NCBI GenBank assembly: GCA_963796055.1
Contig: CAWCKH010000004.1
Coordinates: forward strand, 64,001-128,000
Reading direction: 5' to 3'
DNA length: 64,000 bases
DNA from: an uncultured delta proteobacterium
Lineage (GTDB): Bacteria > Myxococcota > Myxococcia > Myxococcales > Myxococcaceae
Below, piece by piece: positions 48,258-56,521 of the stretch; within the stretch, counting starts at the first letter, position 1, and each line of letters opens with the position of its first letter. The notes beneath the pieces are model-generated. The model was not told the origin of the DNA, searched no databases, and worked only from the letters and a program-made list of their open reading frames with translations. The position numbers and the translations under genes were made by a program.

Positions 48258-48881
48258 GTGGCGTCGGCTGAACCTTCACCGGGCGCCGTGGCGCTCGGGT
48301 TCTCGGTCCACACGGGCTGGGCGGCGCTGGTCGCGGTGTCGCGATCGGCCTCGTCGATGGCCGTGCTCGACCGCCGCCGGGTGGGGATGCTGCCGGTGCC
48401 GCCCACGCCGCGCCAGGACGCCTATCCGCACGTCTATCACGCCGCACGCGAGCTCCCGCTCGAGGAGGCGGAGCGGTTCGTGCGCATCGCCGAGCAGGAG
48501 GCGCGCTCCAAGGCGCGACAGGTTCTCGGGGCGGCCATCGAGGATCTCCGGGAAGCGGGGCATCACGTTCTGGGCAGTGCGGTCATCATCGCCAGGGAGG
48601 GGCCTCCGCGGTCGCTGGAGGAGATCCTCCGCAGCCACACCCTGGTCCACGCCGCGGAGGGCACGCTCTTCCGCGCGGTCATCCGTGGCGCGAGCGAGGA
48701 CCTGGGGCTCGCCGTCCTCCAGGTTCCTGCACCGGAGCTCGTGCAGCGGGCGGCGCGCGCCCTCGGCCTCTCCAAGGAGGAGGTCCCCGGTTACCTGGAG
48801 CGGGTGGGGCGCGAGCTCGGACCGCCCTGGACCGCGGACCACAAGGCCGCGAGCCTGGCCGCGGTCCTCGCGCTGAGCTGA
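48258..48881 (+). CDS. Hypothetical protein
   Basis: ALGFSVHTGWAALVAV...ILRSHTLVHAAEG...GPPWTADHKAA; coding-like codon usage. Confidence 0.7.
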   Translation: MASAEPSPGAVALGFSVHTGWAALVAVSRSASSMAVLDRRRVGMLPVPPTPRQDAYPHVYHAARELPLEEAERFVRIAEQEARSKARQVLGAAIEDLREAGHHVLGSAVIIAREGPPRSLEEILRSHTLVHAAEGTLFRAVIRGASEDLGLAVLQVPAPELVQRAARALGLSKEEVPGYLERVGRELGPPWTADHKAASLAAVLALS

Positions 48882-48916
48882 GCGCTCCCCGAGCCAGGGT
48901 CCCGTCGTTTCGCGGC

Positions 48917-51865
48917 TCAGTGCCGGACGCCGGCAGCGGGTGCGTGGGGAATCTCCGCCCAGTCTCCCTGGAGCACGAAGGCAGCCCAGGTGTACGGAGC
49001 GTCGAAGGGGCGCGTGCGGGCGAGCTTGCGTTGCGCCTGCCGGAGCGCCGCGGACGGACGCTGGCCTTCGACCAGCATCGCCCGGTAGAGCTCCTTCATC
49101 AGCTCGGCCGTCCCCTGGTCCGAGACCTTCCACAGGCTCGCCAGCACCTGCCGCGCCCCGGCGTGGATGAAGCCGCGGGTGAGGCCCACCATTCCCTCAC
49201 CCCGGATGCGCTTTCCCAGCGCCGTCTGGCAAGCGCTGAGGACCACCAGGTCAGCACCGATGTGCATGCCGTAGATGTCCTGGAGCCGGAGGAACCCGTT
49301 CTGTGGCTTCCCGGCCGGGTCGACCAGGGAGAGCACGAGACCCGAGAGCTCGGGGTGCTGGCTGTTCAGCAGCCCGTGGGTGGCGAAGTGGAGGATGCGG
49401 TACGCGCTCACCGAGGGGTCCATCGCCAGCGCCCGGCGGGCCTCGAACCCCGTCGCAGCGAGGCTCTGACCCCGGGGGGCGAGAGCGAGGATGCCCTCGG
49501 CGTCGAGACGTGTCCCCGGGAGCCGCACCAGCCGCTGCAGGCCCAGCTCGTCCATGGAACGCTGGAGGTCTGCCGGGACCAGCGCCGCCGCCAGGCCTGT
49601 CCTCGCCTGCAGACGCGGATCCCCCCGATCGAACACCGGATCTGCGAGCACCGCGACCGCGCCGGCATGCCGGTCGGCGTGCTCGGCTGCCCGCACTGCG
49701 GCCACGGCCGATGCCGAGGGCACGAGGATGACCTCGTGTTCCTCGACCAGCCGGCGCTGGGTCCGAGGCAGCACCAGCGCGGGAAAGGGCAGCTCGTGAA
49801 GGACACCATCGGCGGCGATTGCCAGGCGCTTGCCACGGATCCGCTCCAGCGCCGGCTCCAGCACCATCCTCCCCAGCCGCGAGGCCAGGCGCCGTTCGGC
49901 GGTCGGGTCCGACACGGGCGACTGCCAGAGCTGGGCGAGCCTGCGCGCCTCTCGCTCGATGCGCCCGCGCGCCGGGAGCACCCGGACGTCGATCGATCCG
50001 GGGGTCACGACGAAGAGGAAGCTCCGGTCGGTCCCCAGGAGGTACTGGAGCAGCACCGTGTCCCCGTCGAGCACCCGTGACTGCACCGCGGACAGGCGGA
50101 GAGGTTCGCCCCCTGCCAGCGCCGCGAGCCGCGGATTGCTCTGACGCATCCGGGCCCGGACGTCGTCGAGCTCGGTCATCACCCGCCGGAGCTCCGGGAC
50201 GTCGGTGGACACCCGGGCTCCCGCGGCTGTGCGCCGGGCCACATCCGCGGAGACACGCTCCGCTTCCTCCAGCAGCCGGCGCTCGCGGGCCACCAGCTCC
50301 GGGTCGGCGCCGCGCCTGATGTCCACCCGCGCCTCGAGTAGGAGATCGAGCAGACTCCGGGCCCGCGCCCGCTCGCTGATCCAGAACATCTCCGCCAGAC
50401 GGGCCGGATCGGGCGCGCGCTGCTGGAGGTCCCACAGCACCGAGACGAGCAGCTCGTAGCGGTCGCGGTTCCGGGCGGTCCAGTCGCTGCGCACGCTCCC
50501 ACCGGGGCGCAGGAGGCGGCCGGAGTCGGTGAGGTCCACCGCCTGGACCAGCGAGTCGCGGCTCTCCTCGAGGCGGCCGAGCGCGCGCTGCGCCTTTGCG
50601 AGATTCGTCAGCGAGACCGCCTGCTGGTTGGTGTCGGGCGCCTCCTGCGCCATCCGCAGCGCGGCACCGTGCAGCGTCACCGCCTCCTCCGGCCGGCCCT
50701 CCAGCTGCAAGATCTCCCCCAGCCCATCGTGGGTGATGGCGAGATTGACCCGGTCTCCGATCGGGGTGAGGAGCTCGATGGCCTCGCGGTAGGCGCGCTT
50801 GGCCTCGGCGAGCCGGTGCGTGTCTCCGTACACCCAGCCCAGATGGTAGAGCGAGACGGCCTGGTTCCGGCGGTCCCCCAGTGCCCGGTGCGCCTCCAGG
50901 GCCTGGCGGAACTGGCCCTCCGCCTCGGCGTATCGCTCGAGATCGTAGAGCACCACCCCGATGACGTCCTTGGTGGTGCCCCGGCGTTCCGGGCGCGGCT
51001 CGGTGCGCTCGGCCGCCCGCAGGAACTCGAGCGCCCGCTCCCACTGCTTGGAGGTCAGGTGGTTGAAGCCCAGGTTGTGGAGGATCATCGCCTTCAGCCC
51101 GGGGCGGGCCAGCGGCTCGGCCAGCTCGCGCGCACGTCGGAGGTCCTCCAGGGCCCCCACCGAGTTGGAGAGGCTGTCCCGGATCACCCCGCGGTCGTTG
51201 TACGCCAGGGCGAGCGCGCGCGGGTCGCCGAGCTGCTCGCGGAGCTCGATGGCACGGGTGATCGACGTCTCGGCACGCTCCAGCTCCCCCAGCTCCCAGA
51301 GGATGCTTGCCACCGTGGCGTGGACGTCGGACTCACCGCGCCCATCACCCGCCTGGCGCGCGAGCGCCGCGGCGCGCGCCTCCAAATCGACCGCCTCCCG
51401 GAGGGTGGGCTCCGCGTGCTCGGCCCAGAGCACCATGGCGCGCTGGTGCAGCCGCTCGGCCTGGATCCGCTTCTCGTCGAGCAGCGTGGGTGCGCGCGGC
51501 GGCTCGATGCGCACCACTGCCTCCCCGGCCGGCTCCGAGGAGGTGCCGAGGATGAGCTGACAGACTCCGGAACGGGTGGGCACCGCGGCCGCCGGGAGCT
51601 CCTCCGGCTCATCCGGGTCCAAGGAGTTTCGCACCTCGGCCAGGATCTCGCCGGATGGATCGCGCAGCTGGACGCGCACCGGCTGGAGATCCGGATCGAC
51701 GGTCGTCCGGAGGAGCACGCCGGCGGTGCAGGGGAGCTCGACGATGCTCGGCTCGCCGGCGGTGAGCTTCACCGTCCGTACCTCCGCGGGGGCTGGTGCC
51801 GGCGCCGCATCGGCGGCCAGCGCTGCGAGGAGGGCCGGGAGAAGGAGCGAGCAGCGCGAAGGCAA
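48917..51865 (-). CDS. Putatively exported TPR-CHAT (caspase-like, clan CD) protease
   Basis: TTG start then signal-like PSRCSLLLPALLAALAADA; beta-sandwich-like region; TPR array; ERARARSLLD; catalytic ILHFATHG and VVLSACQT; ASLWKVSD, WAAFVLQG. The frame stays open to ATG 52144, so the start is uncertain. Confidence 0.9.
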   Translation of the reverse strand: MPSRCSLLLPALLAALAADAAPAPAPAEVRTVKLTAGEPSIVELPCTAGVLLRTTVDPDLQPVRVQLRDPSGEILAEVRNSLDPDEPEELPAAAVPTRSGVCQLILGTSSEPAGEAVVRIEPPRAPTLLDEKRIQAERLHQRAMVLWAEHAEPTLREAVDLEARAAALARQAGDGRGESDVHATVASILWELGELERAETSITRAIELREQLGDPRALALAYNDRGVIRDSLSNSVGALEDLRRARELAEPLARPGLKAMILHNLGFNHLTSKQWERALEFLRAAERTEPRPERRGTTKDVIGVVLYDLERYAEAEGQFRQALEAHRALGDRRNQAVSLYHLGWVYGDTHRLAEAKRAYREAIELLTPIGDRVNLAITHDGLGEILQLEGRPEEAVTLHGAALRMAQEAPDTNQQAVSLTNLAKAQRALGRLEESRDSLVQAVDLTDSGRLLRPGGSVRSDWTARNRDRYELLVSVLWDLQQRAPDPARLAEMFWISERARARSLLDLLLEARVDIRRGADPELVARERRLLEEAERVSADVARRTAAGARVSTDVPELRRVMTELDDVRARMRQSNPRLAALAGGEPLRLSAVQSRVLDGDTVLLQYLLGTDRSFLFVVTPGSIDVRVLPARGRIEREARRLAQLWQSPVSDPTAERRLASRLGRMVLEPALERIRGKRLAIAADGVLHELPFPALVLPRTQRRLVEEHEVILVPSASAVAAVRAAEHADRHAGAVAVLADPVFDRGDPRLQARTGLAAALVPADLQRSMDELGLQRLVRLPGTRLDAEGILALAPRGQSLAATGFEARRALAMDPSVSAYRILHFATHGLLNSQHPELSGLVLSLVDPAGKPQNGFLRLQDIYGMHIGADLVVLSACQTALGKRIRGEGMVGLTRGFIHAGARQVLASLWKVSDQGTAELMKELYRAMLVEGQRPSAALRQAQRKLARTRPFDAPYTWAAFVLQGDWAEIPHAPAAGVRH

Positions 51866-51874
51866 CGGCCAGGG

Positions 51875-51905
51875 GCGGTGCGAACCCGAGAAGACCAAGG
51901 GCTCG
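51875..51905 (+). promoter_or_regulatory. Candidate ECF-type promoter, degenerate copy, for the hidden peptide gene
   Basis: GCGGTGCGA-N17-GCTCG; the 12-mer GGGGCGGTGCGA (51872-51883) is identical to 53588-53599. Confidence 0.5.
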
Positions 51906-51911
51906 ATCAGG

Positions 51912-52034
51912 GTGGTGGCGGTGATGTTCCTCGCGGTGTCCCTCGTCGGGCTGCTCTTGTCGTTCGCGGCCGCGACCTCGACCGCGGCGCAGGACTCACA
52001 GGACGTCTCGGTGGAGAGCATCCAGGGCACTTGA
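51912..52034 (+). CDS. Tiny putative secreted peptide (36-40 aa), antisense to the cassette
   Basis: (MVAV)MFLAVSLVGLLLSFAAATSTAA-QDSQDVSVESIQGT*; starts GTG 51912 or ATG 51924; promoter-like motif upstream and hairpin downstream. Confidence 0.55.
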   Translation: MVAVMFLAVSLVGLLLSFAAATSTAAQDSQDVSVESIQGT

Positions 52035-52081
52035 CCAGCGGTCCGAGGACCGGACACGCCACCCCCTGTCGACCCACTCCG

Positions 52082-52109
52082 GGAGGTCTCCTCGAAAGAG
52101 GGGACCTCC
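52082..52109 (+). terminator. 12-bp GAAA-tetraloop hairpin between the peptide stop and the anti-sigma stop
   Basis: GGAGGTCTCCTC-GAAA-GAGGGGACCTCC (one U-G pair). Confidence 0.6.
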
Positions 52110-52140
52110 TCGTCGTTGCTGGAGAAGGGGCTCGAGAGGC

Positions 52141-52953
52141 TCATCGCTGCGCAGCAGGAAGGGTCCGGAACTCGTGCGTGGAGACGGGCAGGCGCCGCCC
52201 GCTCCGGGCCTCACCCTCGAGCAGGAGGGTGTACCGGCCCGGGGGCAGCAGCGCGCCGTCGACGACCAGGAGGAGCGCCTCCCGCGTGGCAGGCATGAGC
52301 GCGTCCTCGAGGATGGTGGTGCCCTGCTGCGAGCGGACCGTCACCCGGTACCGCTCGAAGCGCGCCGGCAGCTCCCGCTCGATCCACAGCGCGACGGGCT
52401 GTCCGGGCGAAGGGAGGGTCAGGGTCGGCAGCTGGGCGCCCCGGGTGGTCAGCAGCGCGAGCACGGGCACCGGTGTCCCTCCGCTCGACCTCGGAGCCCC
52501 GACACCGGTCTTTGGCGCCCGCGTGGGGGCCTGTTCCAGCTGCGAGCGGGCGCGGGCGAGCTCCGCCTCGGTGCGGGCGAGCGCGTCCGTCTTCTCCGCC
52601 AGCCTCTGCTCCACCTTCCGGATGCGCAGGGAACTCGCCCAGAGCAGCCCGGCAAACGCCGCGGTCGCGGCCAGTCCCACCGCCAGGCGCATGCGGGTGG
52701 CCCTGCGAGGCGGCGCCCGTCGCTGCGCGCGGCGCGCCTCGGCGGCGGGCGTTCGCTGCTCGAGGGTCAAGAAGCCGTCCCGCATCCTCTCGGCGGACTC
52801 GACCCGGTCGAGGCACTCGGAGCAGCCCACCAGGTGAGCCTCGAACGACGGGCGCCGCTCCGCGGAGAGCTGTCCGGTGGCGTACTCCTCGGGCACACTC
52901 GTCTCGTGCCACTCCGACCCCTGTCCGCGACCGGCGTCCATCTCCCCAGTCAT
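52141..52953 (-). CDS. Zinc-finger (zf-HC2/ZAS) membrane anti-sigma factor
   Basis: FEAHLVGCSEC (HxxxCxxC), one TM helix (LAVGLAATAAFAGLLWA), coiled coil, C-terminal beta domain (RYRVTV...LPPGRYTLLL); coupled to the sigma gene. Confidence 0.85.
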   Translation of the reverse strand: MTGEMDAGRGQGSEWHETSVPEEYATGQLSAERRPSFEAHLVGCSECLDRVESAERMRDGFLTLEQRTPAAEARRAQRRAPPRRATRMRLAVGLAATAAFAGLLWASSLRIRKVEQRLAEKTDALARTEAELARARSQLEQAPTRAPKTGVGAPRSSGGTPVPVLALLTTRGAQLPTLTLPSPGQPVALWIERELPARFERYRVTVRSQQGTTILEDALMPATREALLLVVDGALLPPGRYTLLLEGEARSGRRLPVSTHEFRTLPAAQR

Positions 52954-53537
52954 GTGTGAGAACCCCCCGAATTATCGCTCCGCTCCCAGAGTGCCCGGAA
53001 CCGCTCGCGGGCGCGGTGGACGATGCGATTGAACTGGAGCCGATCGACCCCCAGCTCGGCGCAGAGCAGGTCCTTGTCCTCCTGGCCCAGGTAGAAACGC
53101 CGTAGCACTGCTCGGTCCCGCTCGGTGGGGAGCGCCTCGAGGACCTTCTCCACCCGCCGCGCGTCCTCCTCTCGCTCCAGCCGCTCGGTGGGGGATGGAT
53201 CCGGGGACTCCAGCCGGTCCAGTCCCGCGTCGTCCTCGGGCACCGAGCGGCGCGCCTTCCGGAAGTGCTCGATGGCCAGGTTGCGGGCGAGCCCCGCGAG
53301 AAACCCCCCGAGCTGCGAGGCATCCCGGAGCGCACCCGCGCGGATTCGCTCCAGCCCGATCCGGAAGGTCTCCTGGTGCAGGTCCTCCACCAGCGCCGCG
53401 TCACGCGCGATGTGCCGGAGGATGACCCGGATGCCGCGGCTGAAGGTGTGGACCAGCTCGGCCTCGGCAGAGCGGTCTCCGTCGCGGATGCGCTGGGCGA
53501 AGGTCGCGGCGGCTGCGGCAAGGTCCGTCACCTGCAT
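52950..53537 (-). CDS. ECF RNA polymerase sigma factor
   Basis: Region 2 EDLHQETF...FLAGLARNLAIEHFRK; region 4 LEALPTERDRAVLRRFY...HRARERFR. Confidence 0.92.
   Translation of the reverse strand: MQVTDLAAAAATFAQRIRDGDRSAEAELVHTFSRGIRVILRHIARDAALVEDLHQETFRIGLERIRAGALRDASQLGGFLAGLARNLAIEHFRKARRSVPEDDAGLDRLESPDPSPTERLEREEDARRVEKVLEALPTERDRAVLRRFYLGQEDKDLLCAELGVDRLQFNRIVHRARERFRALWERSDNSGGSHT
52953..52983 (-). promoter_or_regulatory. Candidate ECF promoter inside the sigma gene 3' end, facing the anti-sigma
   Basis: Minus strand GCGGAGCGA-N17-ACACA, same spacing as the copy at 53591. Confidence 0.55.
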
Positions 53538-53590
53538 CCGATGCTGCCACGATCTGGAGATCCTGAAGTAGCCGCCCGCTCCCGACCGGG

Positions 53591-53621
53591 GCGGTGCGAC
53601 TTCCAGCCCGGCCCCGACACA
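53591..53621 (+). promoter_or_regulatory. Candidate ECF promoter for the divergent peptide genes
   Basis: GCGGTGCGA-N17-ACACA, followed by AGGAG RBS (53645-53649) and ATG 53656. Confidence 0.6.
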
Positions 53622-53655
53622 GGACCTGGTGATTCACCCAACCCAGGAGCCGCCC

Positions 53656-53892
53656 ATGACTACCGCCGCCCGGAAGCACACGTTCCTCTTCCTCGTCGTC
53701 TTGTCTGCCCTGGCGGTGCTCTCGTCCGCCGGGAGTCGACAGGTCACCGCCCACGCCGCGGTCACCCCGGCCGTCGAGGGCAACCCGGACGGAGCCACGG
53801 CCGAGCGGCAGACGTTCCACATCGCGAGCGGGGACCAGGACGTCGGGCCGGGCGATGCCGAGCCCGCCCTCGCCCGGCACAGCTTCCAGTGA
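53656..53892 (+). CDS. Small secreted peptide precursor (78 aa)
   Basis: AGGAG RBS; Sec-type signal MTTAARKHTFLFLVVLSALAVLSSA...AHA; acidic unstructured mature part. Confidence 0.7.
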   Translation: MTTAARKHTFLFLVVLSALAVLSSAGSRQVTAHAAVTPAVEGNPDGATAERQTFHIASGDQDVGPGDAEPALARHSFQ

Positions 53893-54092
53893 ACGTGCGT
53901 GGGATGGCCAGGAAGTACCCGCTGCTCAGGGTCATCGTGCTCAACGTCCTCGCGGTGCTGACCTACGACACCGTCCGGCAGCCCTCGGCCCGCGCGGCCC
54001 TGCTCAGGGCGGCGCGCACGATGACCGCGGTCCAGTCCTCGGCCGGCGCCACGCGGGCGAGCGCGGGCGAGCTGCCGCTGGTGTCCCGGTGA
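53889..54092 (+). CDS. Small hypothetical membrane/secreted peptide (62-67 aa)
   Basis: GTG overlaps the upstream stop (GTGA), alternative ATG 53904; MARKYPLLRVIVLNVLAVLTY... Confidence 0.5.
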   Translation: MNVRGMARKYPLLRVIVLNVLAVLTYDTVRQPSARAALLRAARTMTAVQSSAGATRASAGELPLVSR

Positions 54093-54105
54093 GTGGTCGG
54101 ACAGG

Positions 54106-54867
54106 TCAGCGCCGCAGGAACAGCCCCACGGCGCTGATCAGGGCCACCACGGCGAAGATTCCCCGAAGCGCCCGCTCGGGCAGCCGGTGGGCGAGGGCCA
54201 CCCCGAGCGGCATCGTGGCCACCCCGCCCACCGCGAGGGCCAGCCCCCGGACCCAGTCGATGTTGCCCGCCCGCCCGTAGACGACGAGGTTCACCACCGT
54301 CCCCGGCGCCACCAGCGCAAGCCCCATGCCCTGGGCCGTTGCCTGTCCCATGGCGTGCAGGGTGGTCATGAGCGGCACGGTGAGGAGCGAACCGCCGACC
54401 CCGAACACGCCGGAGACGAACCCGCCGACCAGCCCGAAGACGACGGCGATCCGGGGCGGGAGCCGGGCATCGGGGTCAACGCGGATTTCCGCCGAGCGGC
54501 TCCGGAGCCCGTAGAAGAGCGCGAGCGAGAGGAGGAACGCCGCGAACCCGACCCGGAGCGCGCTGGACGGGGCAACGGTCGCCAGCCGCGCGCCGACGTA
54601 GGTGGAGAACGGAGCGAGGAGCGCGAGCAGCTGCGCCCCGCGCGGGTCGAAGCCGCGGTGGCGGGCATAGCGCCAGAGCCCGACGAGGACGTTCGGGACC
54701 ACCATCACCAGCGCGGTGCCCTGCGCGCGCTGCTGGTTGAGACCGAAGAACACGCCGAGCAGCGGGATGATGAACAGCCCGCCGCCGATGCCCACGATGC
54801 CGCTGAGGACGCCGATGCCGGCGCCGAGCACCACATCCAGGGCGACCTCCGCCGGGGCGATGACCAT
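54106..54867 (-). CDS. TauE/SafE-family sulfite exporter
   Basis: Duplicated GxxGIGGG / GVFGVGG motifs, AQGT; about 8 TM helices. Confidence 0.88.
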   Translation of the reverse strand: MVIAPAEVALDVVLGAGIGVLSGIVGIGGGLFIIPLLGVFFGLNQQRAQGTALVMVVPNVLVGLWRYARHRGFDPRGAQLLALLAPFSTYVGARLATVAPSSALRVGFAAFLLSLALFYGLRSRSAEIRVDPDARLPPRIAVVFGLVGGFVSGVFGVGGSLLTVPLMTTLHAMGQATAQGMGLALVAPGTVVNLVVYGRAGNIDWVRGLALAVGGVATMPLGVALAHRLPERALRGIFAVVALISAVGLFLRR

Positions 54868-54887
54868 CCAGAGCCTCGACCGGTGCC

Positions 54888-55331
54888 CTACCCTGCCGAG
54901 CCGCGGTGCCAGGTGCCGGTGCGGCCGCCGGCCTTGTGCTCCAGCTGCAGCGACTCGACGACCATCCCCCGGTCGACGCTCTTCACCATGTCGTAGATGG
55001 TCAGCGCCGCAGTCGCCGCCGCGGTGAGCGCCTCCATCTCCACGCCCGTGCGGTCGAGCGTCTTCACCTCGGCCCGGACCTGCGCACCGTTGTCGTCGAG
55101 CGTGACCTCCACCGTGACTCCGGTCAGGGCGATGGGATGGCAGAGGGGAATGAGGTCCGGGGTGCGCTTGGTGGCCATCACCCCGGCGAGGCGCGCGGCG
55201 GCGAGCACGTCGCCCTTCTCCACCCGGCCCTCGCGGATGCGGGCCACCGTCGCCGGCTGCATCCGGAGCCGGGCGGTGGCCACGGCGACCCGTTCGGTGC
55301 GCTCCTTGCCGCCGACGTCGACCATCTTCAT
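54888..55331 (-). CDS. moaC: Cyclic pyranopterin monophosphate synthase
   Basis: [41 protein letters not shown]. Confidence 0.96.
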   Translation of the reverse strand: MKMVDVGGKERTERVAVATARLRMQPATVARIREGRVEKGDVLAAARLAGVMATKRTPDLIPLCHPIALTGVTVEVTLDDNGAQVRAEVKTLDRTGVEMEALTAAATAALTIYDMVKSVDRGMVVESLQLEHKAGGRTGTWHRGSAG

Positions 55332-56521
55332 GGCCGGCCCACCGCCTGGAGGAGGTCGTCAGCGATGTCGTCCGGATCCTCGAGACCGACCGAGACCCGG
55401 ATCAGGTTCTCGCCGATGCCTGCCGCGGCGCGCTCCTCCCCAGTGAGTCGCCGGGCGCTGGCGCTCGCCGCGTGCATCACCAGGGTGGTCACGTCCCCGA
55501 GCGACGGCGCCGGACGGCAGAGCTTCAGCGCCTCGAGGAAGCGGAAGCACTCGGCCCGGCCCGCGCCGGCAATCTCGAACGCCACCATCCCCCCGAAGCC
55601 GCCCTGGAGGAGCGTCCGGGCGGTCGGGTGGTCGGGATGGTCCGGCAGCCCGGGATAGAGCACCCGGTCGATGCCCCGGTGCTCCCGGAGGCGCCGCGCC
55701 ACGTGGAGCGCGTGCGCGCAGTGCGCGGCCATCCGGACCGGGAGCGTGCGGAGCCCGCGGAGGGTGAGCCAGGACTCGAAGGGCCCGAGCAGAGCTCCCT
55801 CGAGCACCCGCGCACCCCGGAGCGGCTCGATGCGCGTCCGCGTGCCGGAGACGACGCCGCCGGTCGCATCCGAGTGGCCGTTGATCCACTTGGTGGTCGA
55901 GTGCAGCGCGTAGTCCGCGCCCTGGGCAAGTGTCCGCTGCAGCACCGGGGAGGTGAAGGTCCCGTCCACCACCAGCACCGCGCCGGCTGCGTGCGCCGCC
56001 CGGGCGATGGCCGGCAGGTCGGGCACGGCGAGCAGAGGGTTGGTCATGCTCTCCACCAGGACCAGCTTCGGACGGATCGCGGCGATGCGCTCGACGGCCG
56101 CCGCATCGCTGAGGCGGAGCGGGTGCAACTCGACCTTCTGCTGCTCGGCCAGCCGCTTGAAGAGCGCCCGGGTCGCGCCGTAGCCGTCCACCGGCAGCAC
56201 CACCCGGTCACCCGGGGCGAGGCCCTGCGCGTCGAACACCGCCCGGAGCGCCGCCATCCCGCTGCCGAACACCGCCGCCGCCTCGGCGCCCTCGAGCGCG
56301 GCAACCGCGTCCTCGAGCAGCACCGAGTTCTCGCCCCGGATGCGGGTGTAGACGAAGTCCTTGCCGTCCAGCGCCGCGTCGAGCTCGTCGGCCGAGTCGA
56401 ACCAGCTCACCGCCGCGGTATGGACTGCGGGGGTGATGGGGACGGCGCTGCTCTCCGGCAGCCGGCTCCCGGCGTGGATGGCCAGGGTCGCCACGGTGGC
56501 CGGTTTCCGGTCCGAGCTCAC
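55328..56521 (-). CDS. PLP-dependent trans-sulfuration enzyme (cystathionine gamma-synthase / methionine gamma-lyase family)
   Basis: [46 protein letters not shown]. Confidence 0.9.
   Translation of the reverse strand: MSSDRKPATVATLAIHAGSRLPESSAVPITPAVHTAAVSWFDSADELDAALDGKDFVYTRIRGENSVLLEDAVAALEGAEAAAVFGSGMAALRAVFDAQGLAPGDRVVLPVDGYGATRALFKRLAEQQKVELHPLRLSDAAAVERIAAIRPKLVLVESMTNPLLAVPDLPAIARAAHAAGAVLVVDGTFTSPVLQRTLAQGADYALHSTTKWINGHSDATGGVVSGTRTRIEPLRGARVLEGALLGPFESWLTLRGLRTLPVRMAAHCAHALHVARRLREHRGIDRVLYPGLPDHPDHPTARTLLQGGFGGMVAFEIAGAGRAECFRFLEALKLCRPAPSLGDVTTLVMHAASASARRLTGEERAAAGIGENLIRVSVGLEDPDDIADDLLQAVGRP

Noticed and set aside
51866..52144. 93-aa N-terminal extension of CHAT from ATG 52144
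   Set aside because: The ATGA overlap is suggestive, but the extension buries the signal peptide, crosses a strong hairpin and reads as the antisense of a plus-strand peptide ORF. Disfavoured, not excluded.
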